From Azolla caroliniana (lineage: Eukaryota; Plantae; Polypodiophyta), in NCBI GenBank assembly GCA_043228905.1, contig JBHGNT010000005.1:17794001-17858000 (forward strand): DNA of 64,000 nucleotides, written 5' to 3'. Shown here in pieces: positions 1 to 12,421 of the stretch. The number at the start of each line of letters is the position of its first letter. Position 1 is the stretch's first letter. A model generated the notes under the pieces. That model saw only the letters and a list, made by a program, of their open reading frames with translations. It was not told where the DNA came from and made no database searches. The position numbers were made by a program, and so were the translations under genes.

Positions 1-361
1 TGTCACTGGGCTCAAGGAAGGTGCATCCCCGGACGAGGATGCACAAACACTCGGGAAAATGTTAGGGTACACAACGACCCTACCTATCACCAAAGCTTGG
101 AGGGCCGGACGCGACACAACTAGGAAGAGAGCCTTAGTTCTTCAATTTAAAGACTTAGACTCTAGAATCACTTTCTTTAAGAAGAGACCAATTCTTCGAG
201 GATTGGGTGGGGACCCTATCTATCTCGATGAAGACCTCACCAAGATGCAAATTGAGCATCGCAAAAGTTGTATGCCAAAGGTTATGCAAGCTCGCAAAGA
301 CGGGCATCGCGCCTTTTATCGAGATGGGCGAGTGATCATAAATGATCGCACTACTAATTGA
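1..361 (+). CDS. LINE ORF1 C-terminal part (partial)
   Basis: 'LVLQFKD...IYLDEDLTKMQ...RAFYRDGRVII' resembles the C-terminal region of LINE ORF1 proteins; stops 6 bp before the ORF2 frame. Confidence 0.75.
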   Translation, partial: VTGLKEGASPDEDAQTLGKMLGYTTTLPITKAWRAGRDTTRKRALVLQFKDLDSRITFFKKRPILRGLGGDPIYLDEDLTKMQIEHRKSCMPKVMQARKDGHRAFYRDGRVIINDRTTN

Positions 362-367
362 CGGCGT

Positions 368-3300
368 GTGGCCCATGTGACAGAAAACACACTTAGGATG
401 ACCTTATGGAATTGTAACGGCGCACTCTGGACACACCCCGGCCGCCTAGAGGGGATATTAAAGGAATCAGATATAGTTTGCCTAGTAGAAACACACCAAA
501 GCCCAAATAGGGGACTCCCACGAGTCGAAGGATTTCGTTGGGAGTCGGCTTTTAGACAAACCTCACGTCGATGCACTACCAGGGGATCTGGAGGTGTCGC
601 AATATTGTTTCGGAGGGAGCTACATAATAGGATAGAAATACTGAGCACAGACCCAGAAGCTCGTTTTATGTGGGTGAAAGTCTCCACAAGCAAGGACAAG
701 GCAGTAATTTTCGCCATTTGTTACTTCCCCCCAAAAGGCTCTCGTTATAATCTGGCTGGCGAGGCGAGATTAGTTGATGACGGAGTGCCACATGGGCCTT
801 CCCCATATGAACCTCTATCGGATGACATAATCTGATATTCTTCCCAAGGCGAAGTATTCCTTGTAGGAGACTTTAATGCGAGAACCCAATCTCGACAATG
901 CACAATATTTCAAATGAATAGAAACCTAGAAATGGTAAACGTCGATCCTTCAGACATAGACACCACACGTAGATCAAAGGATCAAGGTGCAGACGCCACG
1001 AGCTTTGGCCATCATTTGCTCGAACTCGGTAGTCGGCACCAGATGGTCATATATAATGGTTTAGCCAAGTGGCCAGGTTCGGAAGAGCTCACATGTTTCC
1101 CACATGGAGGAGGGGAAAGCACAGTCGATTATCTAATAGGACGCCCTGAAGCCACCCACATGATTAACTCCTTCCGAGTGGCCCCATGTCCTATTGGCGC
1201 GGACCATAGTTTCTTATACTTCGAGATAAAATGCGATATCTCTAACGTCACCAACTCTAGTCAACCACGCCATGACATCACAATACATTTCACACATGAG
1301 CTCTCTGACATATATGCTCGACATGTTCAAGCCCATCTCTCCTCCCTTGATCCCTCCCTACCTTTAGAGAGCCTTAATACGAAACTCACACACATCCTTC
1401 ATTTTGCAGCGGTTAGCAGCTTCCCATACACGAAACACTCCAATCAAGGTAAAGTAGGATCTATGCCACAAAATAGATGGTATGATGAGGATTGTAGGTG
1501 CTTACATCGACAACTTACAATATCGCAACTCAGTGGTAGTATTACCTCAGTACAAGCTCGTAAAGAAATGCGCAAGATGACACGTCGTAAGAGACGAGCA
1601 TGGGAGGCATCCCAATATTGGGAACTCTACCACATGCTCATGAGTAACGATTGTGCCACTGCATGGAAGAGATTACGGGAACCAAGACCACAAACACCCA
1701 TCGAAGATCCCGAAACTTGGCACACTTATACAGAGAGACTTTACCACATCCCAAACCAACCACCCATTCCAATGCCTTCCACACCCCGACCTACTGTGGG
1801 GACACTCTTCACGACCTCTAGGGTCACGAAGGTCATAAAGAAATTACAACATAGGAAGTCCATGGACCACACAGGATTGCGAGCAGAACACATCATATAC
1901 GCGAGAGAGTGCCTAGCTCCCTTACTAACTCTAATCTTCAATCGTGCCCTTGTAGAGGGTTTTCCATCACAATGGACCATGAACACAGTGGCCCCCATAC
2001 ATAAGGGGGGGGACCCCATGGACCCAAATACTTATAGGACCATTATGATAGGTCATACCCTTGCTAAATTATATGGTGCAGTAATGGAGGCAGAGCTTAG
2101 CGAGTATATGGAGACCTTAAATCTTCGTGCACCTGAACAGGCTGGCTTTAGACGAGCCTTCTCCACTATTGACCATATCTTCACACTTAGATGCTTAATT
2201 GACCAGACTAAGGCTCGCAAGAAGAAACTATATTGTTGTTTTGTGGACTTCCGCAAAGCCTTTGACACGGTCCCTAGAGAGCGGTTGTTTGATAGGCTTA
2301 AGAGCTTGAGGATACCAGATGACATGGTTTGGGCCATCTACGCACTATATGAACAAGTGTCCGGGTGTGTTCGATGCCCAGGCGGCATATCCGATAGTTT
2401 CACTAGCACTATTGGTGTAAAACAAGGTTGCCCCTTATCTCCGACTCTTTTTGGGATCTACATTGATGAGATCACAAATTTTATTGCTCGTAAGGGAGGC
2501 AATGGAGTAGTCCTTGGAGATACGCAGGTGCGTATCTTGCTCTATGCAGATGACATAGTTTTGCTCTCTAAATCCGAACACGACCTACAAAGGCACCTTA
2601 ATGCCTTAGATGATTTTTGCACACAACGAGGATTGGTAGTGAATCTAGGGAAAACTAAAGTCCTTATCTTCCACACGTCGGCCCAAGTTAGAGCTAAGTG
2701 TCACCTAACTATCTCCCATAGCCCAGTTGAGGTGGTTGGATCATATGTCTATCTCGGAGTCACTTTCAGTGCCCGCTCAGGTAAATTTTCGATGACACAA
2801 GCAGCGAAGGATAGACTTACAAGAGGACATGCATCCCTCTCACTCCTCGAGAGACAATGCCACCAAGCATACTTCCAAGAGCCACGAACTAAAGGGTGGC
2901 TCTTTGACTCATTAGTGACTCCCTCTCTCATGTATGCATCAGCGGTTTGGGCCCCAGGACTACCATCTTTCATGTGGACGCAATTAGAGAGACCATTGGT
3001 GATGATGTTATCACGCCAACTCCGAAGCAAATCGTCGGTCCCACATGACATTATTAGGGCTGAGTTCACCCTACCCCCTATGTTAGTAGAAGCACTTTTT
3101 CAAATGGTAGTCTTTATACACAGGATACATAACCAACCACTTGATAGAATATCCCACCAAGCCTTTAAGGCTTCTCGAGCATTGTATGAGTCCGGCTATA
3201 CTAGCTCATGGTATGGCATGATGGTGAGTTGGCTTCTTGCCAACGGTCTAGACATTACTAACCTCCCCCCCCTTAAGTACGACCACACGAATGATAACAC

Positions 3301-4111
3301 TTTACTCTCTCATGAGGACCGTAATAAAGTAATACGCCAAGAAATATGGCAAATTTATACCCGGTATAAATGGATCACCCCACTAGAGCCACTCCCATCT
3401 AAAATGTCGTACTATAAGGAACACTTTATGCACTTCTCTGAGTTAGGTTTTATCACGCGCCCAAAATATCTAGATGTATTCTTACCACATGCACTAAGGG
3501 TTGCCATTGGTCACCTTAGAATATCATCTCACCAACTTGAGATTGAGAATGGACGTACTAATGGAGTCCCTAGGGAGGAAAGGATATGTAGGTTATGCCA
3601 CATAGAGATAGAGGATGAGTACCATTTTACATGCAAATGCCCCACCTATGCCGAGATAAGGGCAAAATACCAAGACATACTTGGTTCCTCTCCCACCCTC
3701 CCTAAACTATTAGATACACTAGATATAAAGAAATTAGGTAGATACATCTTAGAATTGAAACACCACAGAGAGAACAAATTACAAAACGTTGATAATAATG
3801 TTGCTAATGTTTACCAACATATAACAAATGAAGTTTTTCAGGAACAGGGGGAGACAATGAATGTCGACACACCTGCACCACTCGGACTTCTCCTTGATGA
3901 AGCAGAAAATCAAAGAAGAACCAAACGCCCTCGGATGCCGGGTTTCAAAGCAACTCGACGAGATGTAGAAGCAATAAAGAAAATAAGGGAACGTGAACTA
4001 CACCGCCTAGAAGCCATGGCTAGGGCACTCTATGCATCGGGACCATGGGTCACACCCACACCAAAAACTTTTGACCTCCCACTTCTTTTTGAGAGACTTG
4101 GGTGGAAATGA
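368..4111 (+). pseudogene. LINE ORF2 (APE endonuclease + reverse transcriptase + zinc finger) with one in-frame stop at 833-835
   Basis: ORFs 368-835 and 914-4111 share a frame; read-through gives DDII*YSSQGEVFLVGDFNAR. Motifs WNCNG, LVETH, GDFNA, VDY, ADH (APE); QAGFR, FVDFRKAFD, GVKQGCPLSP, YADD, YLG (RT); CRLC...EDEYHFTCKC. Confidence 0.93.
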
Positions 4112-4310
4112 GATTAGGCTTGGTGCAAAGTTTTGTACACTACTAGAACTTTCTTAGCTTAAGCTATTTTCTTTTATTTTTAGTTTTGATGATTGGATAA
4201 ACACTCATTTTTTGTTGTAACCTATTTGTCTCATGGGCCAAATTTGGCCTTAGAAGACGTTAATATATCTTTCTTTCTTTCTTTCTTTCTCTCTCTCTCT
4301 CTCTCTCTGC

Positions 4311-4449
4311 GCTTCTATAAGCAGAACAAGAACGACTCTTTCTTTGTGCTTCTATAAGCAGAACAAGAACGACTCTTTCTTTGTGCTTCTATAAGCAGAA
4401 CAAGAACGACTCTTTCTCTGCTTCTATAAGTAGAACAAGAACGACTCCT
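4311..4449. repeat. 37-bp tandem repeat, about 3.7 copies
   Basis: GCTTCTATAAGCAGAACAAGAACGACTCTTTC starts at 4311, 4348, 4385 and 4420. Confidence 0.9.
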
Positions 4450-4710
4450 TCAGAGGAGGTGCAATCTCTAGCGAGATGGCCAGTCTCTCCATAGCCCCCA
4501 CCCATCGCGGCCTCCACCTCCTCCGAACCCACCCACTCCACGTCCACCTCCACCTCCATCACCTTGGACATGCTCTCCTCTCCATTCTTCCCGCTCACCT
4601 TCACGGCCTTGGGTTGGGCCTTTCTTCCTCCATCATGAACTTGTTACTCCACCGTCTCCCCTTCCGCTAGGGAGTGGAAGCCTTGGCTGGCTGTGAATGG
4701 AGGTCTGTTG

Positions 4711-5336
4711 TAGCAATGGGCCCGGTTTCGGCTCAAACTGAACCGAACCGTTAAATCATGGCTTAACGATTTATTGATTCCAAGATAAATAAACCGTTTG
4801 GTTTGGTTTCAAATGCTATGATCTAGTTTGGTTTCGGTTCGCTTTGATTTTGAATTTTATGGTTTAGCGGTTTATCGGTTTCGGTTTATGTAGTTTGGTT
4901 TAAAGGTTTATAGGTTTATAGGTTAAAAAAATTTCTTAAATTTTCATCTCTAGGCTCTAACTTTCAACTTTTAATTTTAAACCTGTAGGCTCTAACTTAT
5001 TAAATTTTACATGCATTATAAGTAGAGTTTCCTTTTGATGTATAATTATCAAATTTATGATAAGTATGATGACCAAATTTATGACAGGTTTGATGAACAA
5101 ATTTATAATAAATGTGACAACAAAATTTATGATGATTTTCTCACACAAATTCATAATATGTATGATAATCAATATCTCTAAAAAATGGTTTTGTTTGGTT
5201 TTAATTTATGATAAACTGGTTTGGTTTGGTTCTAAATTTCCCGTAAACGGTTTGGTTTGGTTTTTATTATAAATAAATGGTTTGGTTTGGTTTCAAGGCC
5301 AAGAAACCGAACCGAACCGAGTCGAGCCCATTGCTA
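4711..5336. mobile_element. Non-autonomous hAT-type MITE
   Basis: TIR TAGCAATGGGC/GCCCATTGCTA; 8-bp TSD GTCTGTTG (4703-4710)/GTCTATTG (5337-5344); subterminal AACCG/CGGTT repeats. Confidence 0.88.
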
Positions 5337-5962
5337 GTCTATTGGATGAAGCAGTCCTCATTGCCATCGTCAGGGGAGATGACGCCATAGCCTTTGTTGT
5401 TGTTGATCCATTGAATCACTTATGTGGGCTTAGTCTTGTTATATTTACTGACAATCATTCCCCCATGTCATTTGTTGTTGCCTTCTGTATTGACTAGCAA
5501 CGATATTGGTCAATTAGTTCTTTTATGTATGCACTAGCAATTCCATGATCACGAAGATCGGACACCCAATGTTTCTTTAATTCTTTAAGAGTCTTGGAAA
5601 GAGGGTGACGGGTTGGCCCCCATGTAAGTGCAATATTATTTCCATCTCATCTGAAAATGACACTGGACTTGGAAATGAATTTTGACTCTATGCAAGTTCA
5701 AAGTTCTTTTGGCAATGCATTCCATTGGTTAATCACTATCTTCCTTAGCTTTCGCTTATATGATTGGCAAGATCTAATGTGACAAAAAAAATTATTGGAG
5801 GAAGTGGAAATTCTTTCCTCGGTGGAGTGTTCACAATTCAACAAGTTCCACTACTCATGTAGTGTAGTGTAGTTAGTGGGTGACCGTACTTGATTGTTAC
5901 ACCCAGTGTAAGTAGTGTTTTTCACACACTTATTAATATAATTGTGTGTTTTTACCACACAC

Positions 5963-6010
5963 ATAGATAGATTCTATTATCGTCTTCGGAGGTCAAATAT
6001 GACCTATGGG
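5963..6010 (-). mobile_element. About 48-bp extreme 3' end of a related LINE
   Basis: Minus strand CCCATAGGTCATATTTGACCTCCGAAGACGATAATAGAATCTATCTA aligns with 4230-4275; abuts a (GA)-rich tract. Confidence 0.7.
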
Positions 6011-6021
6011 AGAGAGGGGGA

Positions 6022-6066
<45 letters not shown>

Positions 6067-6144
6067 ATGAAGTAATGAAGAGGTGGGAAAATTAGGTTTT
6101 GGACCCAAGATGTAGTGTAAATGACTTACCACTAGGGTAAATTG

Positions 6145-7087
6145 ATGTCTTCTAAGGCCAAATTTGGCCTTAGAGACAATTGATTTACAACAATATAGGG
6201 AGTTTATCCAATCATCAAAAATAAAAATAGAACTTATGCTAAAAGAGTTCTAATATTGTACAAAACGTGTTATGGTGTAACATATTCTATAAAGGAAATG
6301 ACTTTGTACTAGGCCTAGTTTCATTTCCATCCAAGTCTCTCGAAAGGAAGAGGGAGGTCAAAGGGTTTCGATGTGGACGTGGACCGTGGTTCCAATGTAA
6401 AAGGTACCCCAACCATAGCTTCTAGGCAACGTAGCTCACGTTCCCTTATCTTCCTAATTGTTTCTACTCCACGTCGAGTTGCTTTGAAGCTCGACATCCG
6501 TGGGTGTTTGGTTGTTCTTTGCTTTCTGCTTCAGCAAGGGAGAGGTTGAGTGGTGTAGGTGTGTCCACATTCATCGTCTCCCCTTGTTCCTAAAAAGTTT
6601 CATTAGTTACATGTTGGAGAATATTAGAATGGTTATGGTTAACATTTTGTAGCTTCTTCTCTCTAAATTGTTTTAGCTCTAAGATATACCTACCTAGTGT
6701 CTTCGGGGCATCTAATAGTTTGGAGAGGGTGGGAGAGGGTCCTAGTATGTCTTGGTGTTTCTCCCTTGTCTCGGTGTAAGTTGGACACTTGCATGTAAAG
6801 GGATACTCATCCTCTATCTCTATGTGACATAATCTACATATCCTTTTCTCTCTAGGGACTCTATTGGTACGATCATTCTCAATCTCAAGTTGGTGAGATG
6901 ATATCCTAAGTTGTCCAATGGCAACCCTTAGTGCATTTGATAAGAATGTATTTAGGTATTTTGGTCGTGTAATAAAACCTAACTTAGAGAAGTGCATGAA
7001 GTGTTCCGTATAGCACAACATTTTAGATGGGAGTGGGTCTCGTGGGGTGATCCATTTATATCGAGTGTAAATTTGCCATATTTCTCG
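6145..7087 (-). mobile_element. 5'-truncated, inverted, diverged copy of the LINE at 1-4308
   Basis: 'EIWQIYTRYKWITP...LRISSHQLEIEN...RICRLCHIEIEDE' matches the ORF2 C-terminus; 3' UTR homologous to 4112-4258; 5' end abuts (GA)n. Confidence 0.93.
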
Positions 7088-7144
<57 letters not shown>

Positions 7145-7161
7145 TGAGTGTGTGTGTGTGT

Positions 7162-7250
7162 GTCCCTTCGGGGACATCTAATAAAATTAGAACAATACAA
7201 AGAAGATTACCATGGCCCCTGCGCAAGGATGACAAGCACAAATCGAGAAA
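7162..7250 (+). pseudogene. U6: U6 snRNA-derived copy 1, 3'-truncated
   Basis: GTCCCTTCGGGGACATC...AAAATTAGAACAATACAAAGAAGATTACCATGGCCCCTGCGCAAGGATGAC matches plant U6; ACAGAGA box reads ACAAAGA, AGC triad reads ACC; no U-tract or upstream promoter. Confidence 0.93.
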
Positions 7251-7251
7251 A

Positions 7252-7307
<56 letters not shown>

Positions 7308-7328
7308 TGTGTGTGTGTGTGTGTGTGT

Positions 7329-7416
7329 GTCCCTTCGGGGACATCTAATAAAATTGGAACAATACAAAGAAGATTACCATGGCCCTTGCGCAAGGATGAC
7401 AAGCACAAATCGAGAA

Positions 7417-7417
<1 letters not shown>
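7329..7417 (+). pseudogene. U6: U6 snRNA-derived copy 2, 3'-truncated
   Basis: Near-identical to 7162-7250, 167 bp downstream, in the same (GA)n(GT)n context. Confidence 0.93.
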
Positions 7418-7504
<87 letters not shown>

Positions 7505-7522
7505 CGCATGTGTAGCCCAGAT

Positions 7523-7592
7523 GGATGTAGCTCAGTTGGTAAGGTTGCCCAATGGACACCAGGTGGTCATGGGTTTAACCCCTACATTCCAC
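7523..7592 (+). mobile_element. tRNA-derived SINE head or tRNA pseudogene
   Basis: A box TAGCTCAGTTGG (7528-7539), degenerate B box GGGTTTAACCC (7571-7581); GGATGTAG complementary to CTACATTCC; no clean anticodon arm. Confidence 0.6.
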
Positions 7593-7940
7593 GGTGGTAT
7601 CTAGTGAATTAAGAGATATATATGAAGTTTATAATAGAGAGACCTGAGAAAATTAGGTTTGGAACCCAAAGATGTAATGCTTGTAGCGTGTGTGTGAGAG
7701 AGGCAAAAAATAAGAAAGAACAGATTAACGGCTTCTTAACAACCAACCGTCTCGCATTTCTCTTTCTTCTTTCTTTCTTTCTTTCCACTTCTTTGTTTTT
7801 TGTTTTTTTGAACCATATTATCCCTTTTCTTCACTAATTCTAGCAGACTGATTTCTGCACCCTCCTCCTCCTCCTCAGATGATGATGATGATGATGACGA
7901 TGAGGAGCAGAAGCAGAAGCAGAAGCAACAGAAGCTCCTG

Positions 7941-10324
7941 ATGATGATGATGATGATGATGATCCCACACAACAAGAAGCCCCGCACCGATCATCAGATT
8001 TTGGCAATCGATCATCCCACCGATCCCTGCGCCGCCATGAATCCAATCATTCCTCCTCCTCCTCCTCCTGATCAGATTATCAGTTTCGTGACCTACGCCA
8101 ATCCCTCTTCTTCCTTGATCACACCTCCTCCTCAGCAATTCCCCTTCGATTATACTTCCATGTCTGCAGGTAATAATGCTCCTAGTCATCGCCAATCATC
8201 CTGATATGCTTAATCCCTAATTCTTTGTCTTTGTGTGAATGGTCTCCGATTGATTAGCGCATGCTTAATATTGTAACTCATGTAAAACTACTCTCTAATT
8301 CTCTATTCGTTGCCTCATTAGCCCAGTTTAAATGTGCAATTCAATGGATTTTGATGACCGATTTGTTGTTTTTTCTCTTTTCAAATTCATCAATTTTATA
8401 AACAAAAAAAACTGGCTATTGATTTTTTTTATCCTTCTTTCATTACCACAAACCGATTTCTTGGTAATCTTTACAATGTCCTGTTATCGATCCGCGCAAA
8501 TTCATCACTCTTCAGTTTGGGTTCTTTGATCAATAAATTTCGACTCTGCACTCCGAGTTCATCCATCATCACTCTTCTGTTTTGCTGACTTTGGATTTCA
8601 GAAGATACTAATGACTCTGTTAGAAATCAAAGTTGAACCCCCATTCTTTGTACGCAATTTGTCCAATTCACTGGTCCACTCTATTCGCATTCTTTCCGCC
8701 ATATTTCCTTCCCCTGATTCAATTATATTTTCTCGAAACTTTCTTGATTATCGATTGAGATAGAATCAAACCCATTGTTTCAAAGCAATTCAAATGAAAT
8801 CAATCCAATCCAATCAGGATCGATTTCCAAATCAATTCATTCCATTCTACTCCAATTCAATCCATTTTACTCCAATTCAATCCAATCTAAAGTAAAATTA
8901 TCTATCTTTTGCTCTGCCAATTGTCACAAAAAAATGTTTGCAGAAGAGTCAAAGGATGCGAATCTCGGGGGGAGCGGAGGCATAATGACGACCATGATGA
9001 TCCAGGGAAGCAAGTCCAAGCCATGCACTAAATTCTTCAGGTACTGATGCAGCAATAATATGTATGGAGATAGAATTAATAATGGGAACTAGAGACAGAT
9101 CATGTAACAAAATGGCTTTTCCTTCTTTTTTTCATCAAAATAAACCAGCTTATAAATTAATTAAACCCCCCAACAACATTATATGTTATTATTAATGTAT
9201 GTATACAATCCCATCCATGTATTAAGCTGTGCCAGTGAAAGATAATTAATCAAGAAACAGAAGGGGCCATAATTTAGGACAGGATTTTCATGAGATTTTA
9301 CATGAATTTTTGGCGCAGCACGTCGGGGTGCCCGTACGGGGAGATGTGCCATTTCCTGCATTTCGTGCCGGGCGGGGTGCAGGGTATGGCGGCAGGCGGA
9401 GGAGGTGGAGGTGGGGCCGGGTCTGGGACCGGGGCCGGGACAAGCAATGGTGTGAATGGCGACCCGAGCGTGACGGTGAACGGCTACAAGACCCGGCTCT
9501 GCAACCGCTTCGGCACGCCCGAAGGCTGCCGGTTCGGCGACAACTGTCACTTTGCACACGGCGACAGCGACCTCCGGAGGCCCCTCCACCACCACAAATC
9601 CAATCCTCCCCCCGCCTCCTCGGGACTGTCCAACCAACACCACCACCAGCTCTACCTCCCCCTAGCCACTACCCATCATCTCATCAACCCCTCCCCCTCA
9701 CACTACCCCCCTAACCCTAACCCTAACCCCCCCGACGCCACCCCCTCCCTCGCCAATTCTAGCTATGGTGCCCTTGCCTCAGCCACTGCTGCCTATAATA
9801 ACTCCAACCCTAGCTACCCCAACCCCACCAACTATTATGCCTACCCTGCAAACCCTAATTACCCCACCCCTTGTCTTCTTACTTATCCCCCCAGTGCTAC
9901 AGTTACTAATACAACCACACCTCCTCCTACTACTACTACTACAGTTGCCACTGCCACCACTAATCATGATGCTAATCTTATTACCAATAACTGCTATCCA
10001 TCATCATTGACAAACACATGCACAATCCCTACTACTACTACTACTACTACTTTTACTGGGGCTGATTCTATTTCTAATTCTAGTTCTACCTTAAGTCACT
10101 ATAATAGCTGCTACTATACAAGTTTTAATGGAGACCACCCAAGCAATGGAGGAGCTGTAATTCAACAGCCAGAGATGGCTTCAATTTCTACTTCCTGTTA
10201 TAATGCTCCTCCTCATGGCGAGCCCACCCCACCTGGTGTAACAGTAACAGTAACCAACGCTCCTCCCACCATCTCTAACCCTGCCTGCTATGAGGCCACC
10301 ACCACTACCCTACTCACCGCTTAG
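7941..10324 (+). CDS. Tandem CCCH zinc-finger protein related to the KHZ (CCCH/KH) family but lacking a KH domain; exons 7941-8169, 8944-9040, 9319-10324
   Basis: GT-AG splicing keeps frame and gives KSKPCTKFFSTSGCPYGEMCHFLH and YKTRLCNRFGTPEGCRFGDNCHFAHG. Exact start is uncertain within the (ATG)n run. Confidence 0.85.
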
Positions 10325-12210
10325 CATTCAATCCTTCCATTCAATCTTCTTGGACGATTTGATGTCCTTTCTTAACAGAATCTCTCCTTTTATGATGTTC
10401 TTTCTTAACACAATCTCTCATGTTATAATTACTCTTAAAAAAACACTAATCCAATTAATGATATAAATTAGTTAGAAAACACTAATCCAATCATCATATA
10501 GCATACATTGTCAATCAAATCAGTTGTTTGAACATTTTCATGCCACCTCCAATACATATTATATGTTTGATACTAAATTGTCTTTCGGTTTTGTATGGCA
10601 CATGTATGCCATGGCACCTCATGAATTACGACCACCAATTGTTGTCCATTGTCCAATGTTTGTGATACCACCTAAACCCAACATTTGCCTAATGTTCAGC
10701 ATGTGTCACAATGTCTATGGCGTATGTAATGTATGTATGTATGTATGTGTATATGTATGCATAGCTATGTATGTAGGTATGTATGTATGTATAGAACAAA
10801 CCATACGTATCATACGTGCATTCGCATTCGAGAATGATTCAATCAAACTTGTATGGGAAATCATATCAAAGTTGAATTGGATTGACTATGGTCTATATTA
10901 TATATTGATTCACTCTCAATCCCAATAAGTGAACTCTAATCCATTGTGAACCACCAACATAAGTATGGTTGTAATATTTGCATTGACATGCATACTTTTG
11001 GGATGCTTCTTAAGAATCAAGACATCTCTATCACCCTCACTTTAGAACTTTACAAAAAAATGAGTATAAACTATAGAGATTGAATCAAAATATGTCATTA
11101 TAAATTATAATCAAACGTTCAAAAACTCATAAAACGTATATTCGAGAATATGAAGAAAACATGACATAGGCAATAGTAGCATAACAACTTACCACTAGGG
11201 TGAGCTAATATGTAATAACAAAGATAGAAAGAAAGAAAAACAAGGAAAAGGAACATGACACTAACATAAATTTTGCCATGACACACTAACAAGAGGATAT
11301 GATAAAGTTTGAGAATTGAACCCAAGACAAATAATATGTGCTTAGTTCTAATAATAAGGAAACAGAAAAAAAAAACTATTATAACAATAACATAAAATCT
11401 TGCTATGACATGGAAGCAATGAGAGAGAGAGATGAGTAATTTGGGAATCGAACCTAACACATAGACAACAATAGCATGACTCCTTACCACTAGGTTGAGC
11501 TGAATTTGTATTAATAATGAATAAATAAATAAAATAAAAAGGAGCACATATTTTTCCCTTTTCAAACGTGTTCGTTTCCAAACGTTTGAATGCTTGAACG
11601 AACACGAATATTACGTTCTATGTATACATGTATTGATATATCCGGATTACTTGGGGTTGCCAAAAGAATGCATGGAAAGCATTCGTAAAAAATAAAAAAA
11701 GAATTCATAAATTCACAATACAAAAGGGACTTAAGACACTAATAAATGTAAAACGTATTCGTTTTATTTTAAATAAATAAAATAAGGTTCCCCACTTTTT
11801 ATCCTCCTAAATTTTATGGATATTTTAATTTACATTAAATCATATGTTTATAATAAATATAAAAATATTCATTTTTTTAAATAATAAATAAATAAAATAA
11901 AGGTTCATAAACTCCCCCCTTTTCTTATTCGACACTATAAACGAGACTTAATACTAATCATATTGTTATAATTGTTTTTAGTGATTTTAGTTTATTCTAT
12001 TATTTAAAAATGATTATTTATTTATTTATTTTATAAAACGAATGGTCTTATAATATTCTTTCGGCCACTTCATATTCTCGAATATTGCGAATGCATGGAG
12101 AATATCACAATGTATATCAAATGGCGATGTTATTGATAGTACTTAAAAATCTTAGAACAATTATGTCGTATGTATCAACATACCTAATTTTAAAGAAATT
12201 GTCCAATGTC

Positions 12211-12421
12211 TAACAATCGGCAACGATTCAGTTCGACCGAACCGTTTAAATTTTTTGAAACTTGAACCAAACTGAACCGAACCATGAAACCGTTAAACAT
12301 TTTTCAAACCGTTAAACCATTAAACCGTAAAAACGGTGGTTTCCTGGTTCGGTTTCGGTTTTCAACATAGGTCTAATTTTTAATTTTTAATTTTTTCAAA
12401 CCGAACCGTTGCCAATTGTTA
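12211..12421. mobile_element. hAT-type MITE
   Basis: TIR TAACAATCGGCAACG/CGTTGCCAATTGTTA; perfect 8-bp TSD CCAATGTC. Confidence 0.9.

Larger units (their letters stand above)
1..4308 (+). mobile_element. Non-LTR retrotransposon (LINE, RTEX/CR1-group-like), 5' end outside window; ORF1 tail, ORF2, 3' UTR and (TTTC)n/(TC)n tail
   Basis: ORF1 C-terminus, then ORF2 with APE endonuclease, RT and C-terminal zinc finger; 3' UTR hairpin at 4236-4249; microsatellite tail 4267-4308. Clade assignment is from motif recollection. Confidence 0.92.

Noticed and set aside
7162-7417. Functional U6 genes
   Set aside because: Catalytic ACAGAGA and AGC motifs are mutated, the 3' end is missing, and microsatellite replaces the USE/TATA promoter.
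7523-7592. Functional tRNA gene
   Set aside because: B box is degenerate and I could not fold a proper anticodon arm.
6979-7604. ORFs rich in SL, ER, CV or HT dipeptides
   Set aside because: Translations of (GA)n and (GT)n microsatellites.
9709-9730. Interstitial telomeric (CCCTAA)n
   Set aside because: Only about three units, encoding the PNPNPNP tract of the CCCH protein.
10790-12110. Possible MITE with GAATA/TATTC-type motifs
   Set aside because: No convincing TIR pair or TSD found.
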